A stretch of DNA of 64,000 bases from the human T2T-CHM13v2.0 reference genome, Homo sapiens: assembly GCF_009914755.1 (NCBI RefSeq), contig NC_060941.1, one strand, 5' to 3'. The position numbers and the translations under genes were made by a program. Shown piece after piece: positions 57,902-64,000 of this stretch (its first letter is position 1; each line of letters begins with the position of its first letter). The notes beneath the pieces are model-generated. The model worked only from the letters and a program-made list of their open reading frames with translations, searched no databases and was not told the origin of the DNA.

Positions 57902-59598
57902 GTGGTTGGCTCGACATAAGATGCCGCCATCAGCAGAATTATAAAACTGTACAGGAGGCACAAAAATAGGCTGTTTAACTTAGATAATGACCCTCATGTC
58001 TTCAAGCTTTAAAAATGCACATAAAAGTTGTACAATCTGGCAGTTTATAAAATATAAAGCTAAAAAGAGGATTTTGGGTTCCACAAAGAAGACTGTATCA
58101 CACAATTAACACGTACTAATTAAACAATTAACCATCCACACAGAAGACATAATGGCACAGAATTCTTAAAAATCACCTAAAAATTAACATTTTACCCCGA
58201 CCAAATTAATCACCCTTTAATAATAAGACTACTGTAAAGCATCCATCCCATGGAAGGATACAGTATCACTTTTCCAGTTTTAAAATGGTCAAGGGTGTTG
58301 TCCAAAACAAATCTGATGTGCTTTAAGCAAGTACAATTGTAACTGGATACATTTCAGAGTAAAAATTAAATAAATATAAATAGGTTAAATAAATAGGTCA
58401 TTGCAAAAAGAACACTACACAAGGTTTACATCTGAGAATGCAGAGTAGGTGACTGGTAATGCTTTCTAGGTAAGTGGGGACTCCCCATCACAGCTTTAGG
58501 GACACTGAAAAGGAATACTGTATCCACCAAACACACACACAGTACACAGGGGAGGTGGGGGGGCTTTGGCCAAAGTGTTGGTTAAGGCTGCTCCAGTGGG
58601 AGGCTCACTGCAGTCACGTTCTTTGTGGCTTTCCAATGTCTACAGAAAGAATTTAAGCGCCGGTACAAAAAATCAGAACCAGAGTTACTCACGGGAAATC
58701 ACTGTTTCATAAAGAAGGAGGGGAGTAGACCATTGGGTTTAAAAGATGATGTCCAACCTGGGAGGGTGGAATTTCGGCTCACCTGGAGAGGATGCCTGAT
58801 GACTTCCTGCCAGGAGAAGCCAAAGCCAGGACATAGTCAACCAAAATAACTCCAGGTTGGTGAGGGAAGGGACAAGGAAAAGAAACACTGGGAAATTCAA
58901 AGAAAGGCAATCTCAGACACTAAAAGAGCAGAGAGAGAAAGCGACATGGGGGACTTAAAGAGGCTCCTTCCAGGGCGCTGGGCTTCTCTTCCAGCACAGA
59001 AGGCTGCAAAAGTGGAACTGGCCCCCAGTTCCCAGAGGATCACAAGGCCAAGGATCCAATGGGCACACCATGAGGACCCAAGGAAAGGACAGAGAAAGGA
59101 ACGGCTCTGGGAAAGCCAAACCTGGCCAAAGTCCAACTTCCTGAAAAGAAAGCAGCCAAGAGGAGAAAGCCGTACAATCCAAAGGTCCCCCCATCTGCAT
59201 GAACGGTTTGATCAGCAACCAATTAATCTCTCACTGCAGCAAGAAAAGAATTGCCAAAGATAACTGAATCGCATGCACACAAAACCTTACCAAAGGCTCA
59301 GGGTCAACTCTGATAAGGCCCTTTCTTCTAGAGTTGGTGGGAAGAAACTCTGCTGGATCTACTCACCTGCAGATCTTCCAGAACATCTATCTGTAACTGA
59401 TCAGAGTGATGTCTCCTTGGAAGGGCCTCTGACCACCACTGCACTGAGAACACGGCGGGAGTGAGAACACCTGCGCACCCAGGATTTCACACTTAGCCAC
59501 TAGATTGCTTCACAGCTAATCAGGGAAATGCCAGTGTTCCCCAGGTGAAAATGTTTTGGTGCCTAATGACTTGTGGAGCACTTCAAAAACTGAGATTA

Positions 59599-59972
<374 letters not shown>

Positions 59973-62722
59973 TTAGTAAGACAAGATTTAAATAAGTCAT
60001 AGTGTCCTTTGGATTCCTAACAGATGTGACCAAGCTCCATCTTGAAGATAGCGTACAGTACTTCTAAAAAGCTCAACAGCCTTCCAGGATTGGAGAAGTC
60101 CCATAACCTGAACTACAGACCAAACAGCTAAGCCGCAACACGATATGTGATGGTGCAGAGCTGTTCTGGCCTGAAAAGAACTTTCCACTTGCTGAGCACA
60201 GTGGGAAACCAGAATTCTCGAGACTAGAACTGGATACACCAGATGATGCCCAAGGTGTTTTCATGACAAGTACCCACACGAGATCTCTTCAAACAAACCC
60301 CCCAGAGGATGGACGGGAACCAGGGCTCCTAAAGGCGACTAAGAGGAAAGACCAGAGGTGACCGGACCAGATCCCTGTGATTCTGGGACAGAAGAGATGT
60401 AAACCGCAAACACGCGCCCTTCCCCACACACTTTGGTTTCTTTGTGGCAGCAACACTTTTTTATTGTTCTCTCTCATCACAAGTTTTAGGAAAGCAGAAG
60501 TTTTGCCTGTCTTGTTCATCGCTGTATCTCCGGCACCCTATATCCTGCCTAGCTCAATACACTAAGTGCTCAAATAAAATACATTGAATAAATGATTTTG
60601 AGAAATCTGCGTGGTTAGAAACTAGTATGATAAGCAGAAAAGGCATCGGAAACAGTTGTCTCTAGGCAAGTGGGGCTAAAACAGGGAGATGACACAAAAT
60701 TGGGTCACTAGAAATCACCTGGGTACTCCCAAAGAGAAAACCTGTGCTGAGAACGAGCTGGGCGGGGGGCACTCCCTGTGGCAGGCCTGTTAAATCACTC
60801 GTGGCACCTTCTCCACCTTCTGATCCTCTCTTGGGTTACTGCCAAAGCCCACAGGTAAAGCACCTTGCAGCCGTATGGGGAGCTCTGTCTCAGGCCACCT
60901 GGCATGCGGCATGGGAGCAGCAGGAAATGTGGTCTGGCCACGTTTCTGAACAACGCACAGCCTTGCTTAGAAGACACCAAGGACACCGACCAAGGGCCAA
61001 GGTTCCAAGGCCTAAGTGAGGTAATCGATGAGATTTAAGGATGTAGGATCACGTTAATAGTAGGGAAAAAAGTCACTTTAGCTATGATGAAAGGAAGGGA
61101 ACTGAATTCTACAAAGGCAGAATGAGAGCTTTTGATGAGTAACCATGATACAAATACACAAACAGAAAACATCTTACAACATGAAGAAACAGTGATTTCT
61201 CTGTGAGTAAAATTCAACAATCCCATTCTTAATATTGAATGGAATCTCTGAGTTCACCAGGCCTGAGCTGCAATGATCCCCCAACTGGCTGGAGAAAGTA
61301 CATGGACAACATCTCCTTACACGGTAGGCTGATTGCATTTTAACCTCTAAGGCTCTCGGGAGAGAAAAGACAAAGTTTTGACTGAAACTAAAGCTAAAAA
61401 TTATGTTAAGTTTAGAAAAGAAAATATGGTACAAACAATTTAGAGACTATTTCTTTGATACTGTTCAATACATTTACATAGTGTTGCTATAATGTTTTAC
61501 TCTTCAGCATTAGAGAATGTTCTATACATGAACACTCTTGAGGGGATGGTGATTTTTGGTACCACAAAAAATAGAAGATGTATTCTATCTTGCATTTATT
61601 CTTCACAAGAAAGCTTCAAGTTTAGCTTACTTATGCTGACATAGCATTCTACAGTATAATCAAAATATAGTTATTAAAATTTGCCAAGAAAAACAAAAAA
61701 GCTGGCCCATGAAGCTCACGGTGACCCTGGCCTTGGCCACCCACCCTGGCCCTGACTCACCACGAGCCTCTTGTTCCACCGGCCTTGGGGACGAAGGAGT
61801 TTGACTGCCTACTCGCTGGCCCAGGGCTTTCTCCTGGTGACCAGGAGGGTCCCATTCGGCGGCCTCCCTCTGGTCCTGAAGGCTGGCCCCTGTCTGGGTC
61901 TTCGCTGCTCTCCTTGAAGGCCAGGGAACTCTTTACCTCTTGCCCCAGGCGCTCCTGAGCACCACCCCGAGATGGCCCGGGACACACCCACCAAAGGCCA
62001 CTGTTCTGGCCACTGGCACTGGGCCACGGCTGCCTCCAGAACAGAGCAGCCTCTTCATTTCTGAGACCTGCAGACACAACCCCACCTGCCAGCATGCATA
62101 GCTGACCGGTCCCTAATGCCACGCCTCATGCTCATGGCTCCTGCTGCCTCTGCAGAAACACTAGTTAACAGTGACCTGGGCTACTCTGGGCACATCTGTG
62201 ATCAATGAGAAATCTCATACTGCAGGACGACACCCTCTGAACTCCGTCCTCCCCCTCCTCAGCATCCCCCACCTCTCAATTCCGGTCTCCAGTGAAGGCT
62301 GTACTTGGTGCATCTCAGCCTAGCTGTCCCAGCACGCAAGCAAAATGTACGATTCCCTCCTCTCCCTTCCTGAAAGGCCTGTAGACTGACATTAAGCAGG
62401 AATTTAAAAAGTCTGAAGCAAGTTTATCCAGTAGATGGCTGGGGGTGCTACTCGCGCTGTCTCTGAGGCCCTCCTTTGCAGACATCATGACCGTAAGGCT
62501 TTTGGGGCCAGCATCTTCCCAGTTCCCTGTAGGTCACGAGGGGCCACTTCTCCCACTTCCTGGGGTCAGCACTGTCCTCTGTGGGCTGCAGAGCAGGCAG
62601 CTCAAGGCACTTGGTTTGGGAAGCCTGGTCTCCCTGCAAAGCCGGGAGGCATCAAGCTCTAATTGTGGTGACCAGGCCCTCAGTCACAGCTGGGGCCACC
62701 AGAACAGAGGGGCCGCCCTCGC

Positions 62723-62962
<240 letters not shown>

Positions 62963-63582
62963 TTAGAAAGGGGTTAGAAAGCTCGGGAAATGTTGGCAAA
63001 ACACCCTTTCATCATGCAAGGAAGAGACAGAATGTGAGTGTTGGTTTTTGGTAAAGAAAAAGAAAAAAGGCTTATGTATCCAAGAATCCAGCCCCGTCAT
63101 CTCGCCTGCTACCCTCACTCAGGAGGAGGCCTTGAAGTGAGCAAGGCCCAGCCAGTCCAGGGGGTGCTCAGGCCTTCTGTGACAGTCAGGACCTGGAGAC
63201 ACTCCTGGCCACCTCAGGAGGAGTAAAGTCGCCTGAGATTGGAGTGTCCGTCCCAGCGGGGTCCCCGCATTTGAGGTATGTTTATACATGTTTACACACA
63301 GTGGCTGCATCAGACAGGGAGAGGGCCCTACAAAAGTCAGCGACCAGAGACCATGAGGGACATGGGCCGCAGAGCACTGCTTCCCGGAGCTTCACCTGCA
63401 CCTACGTCCCTGAAGGGAAAATCAGCGTAAGAGAGGCAACAGCCTGCAGTTTGCCAAGTCCAGCTGAAGCCGCCTAGCTCCTGAGAGATGAGAATGCCAG
63501 TACAGATAAAAGATTTATAGAGAATGGATGAAAGGAGGAAGGTGTCCATGTCATGGCCACTGGGTCTCCTCCCCAGCATTTA

Positions 63583-63693
<111 letters not shown>

Positions 63694-64000
63694 TCAAATT
63701 TAAAACTAATACATTTTAAAAGAAAACAATTCATGGGGTCCTGGGATTAGGGAGTTGGACTGAAAGGTGAGGTCACTCCACACCTAGGCATGGGAGCAGA
63801 TCCTCCCATCCAACCCAAGGGTGGTGTCCCCCTGAACCCCACCTGGTGATCACACCCAGGTCAGAAATGACCACCTAGAGCACGACACCATCACTCACCT
63901 GTCACTCTAGGGAACAAAAATGAAACACACATCAGTGTAACCAAACCACAGAGGACACACCCAAGAAAGTCTCAAACCTGACAGGTGGGATGTGGGGCCT

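Overview
Primate genomic DNA, recognised from the encoded proteins as almost certainly human chr17q23.3. Three protein-coding genes can be rebuilt exon by exon with GT-AG boundaries and phase-consistent frames. PRR29 is on + (6 coding exons, 17143-20537, 189 aa). ICAM2 is on - (4 coding exons, 25467-21523, 275 aa), with a proximal GATA/ETS/Sp1 promoter at ~25.6 kb and a candidate distal first exon at ~39.3 kb. The last two exons of ERN1/IRE1alpha (KEN RNase domain) and its ~4.8 kb 3'UTR are on -. The GC-rich block at ~8.1-8.3 kb looks like the muscle promoter and an untranslated first exon of SCN4A (Nav1.4), whose coding exons should lie left of the window. The rest is dense in Alu, L1, LTR, MIR/L2 and DNA-transposon relics and large simple repeats; apart from those overlapping the exons above, the supplied ORFs look spurious. 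Noteworthy structure: a tail-to-tail PRR29/ICAM2 overlap, a divergent CTCF pair at 44.7/47.8 kb, an Alu-L1 chimeric insertion with one shared TSD, a tailless 5S rRNA retro-fragment, two local segmental duplications, templated-insertion and fold-back scars, and non-B DNA tracts. I see no evidence for a wholly new protein-coding system. Repeat subfamily names are by eye and need RepeatMasker confirmation.
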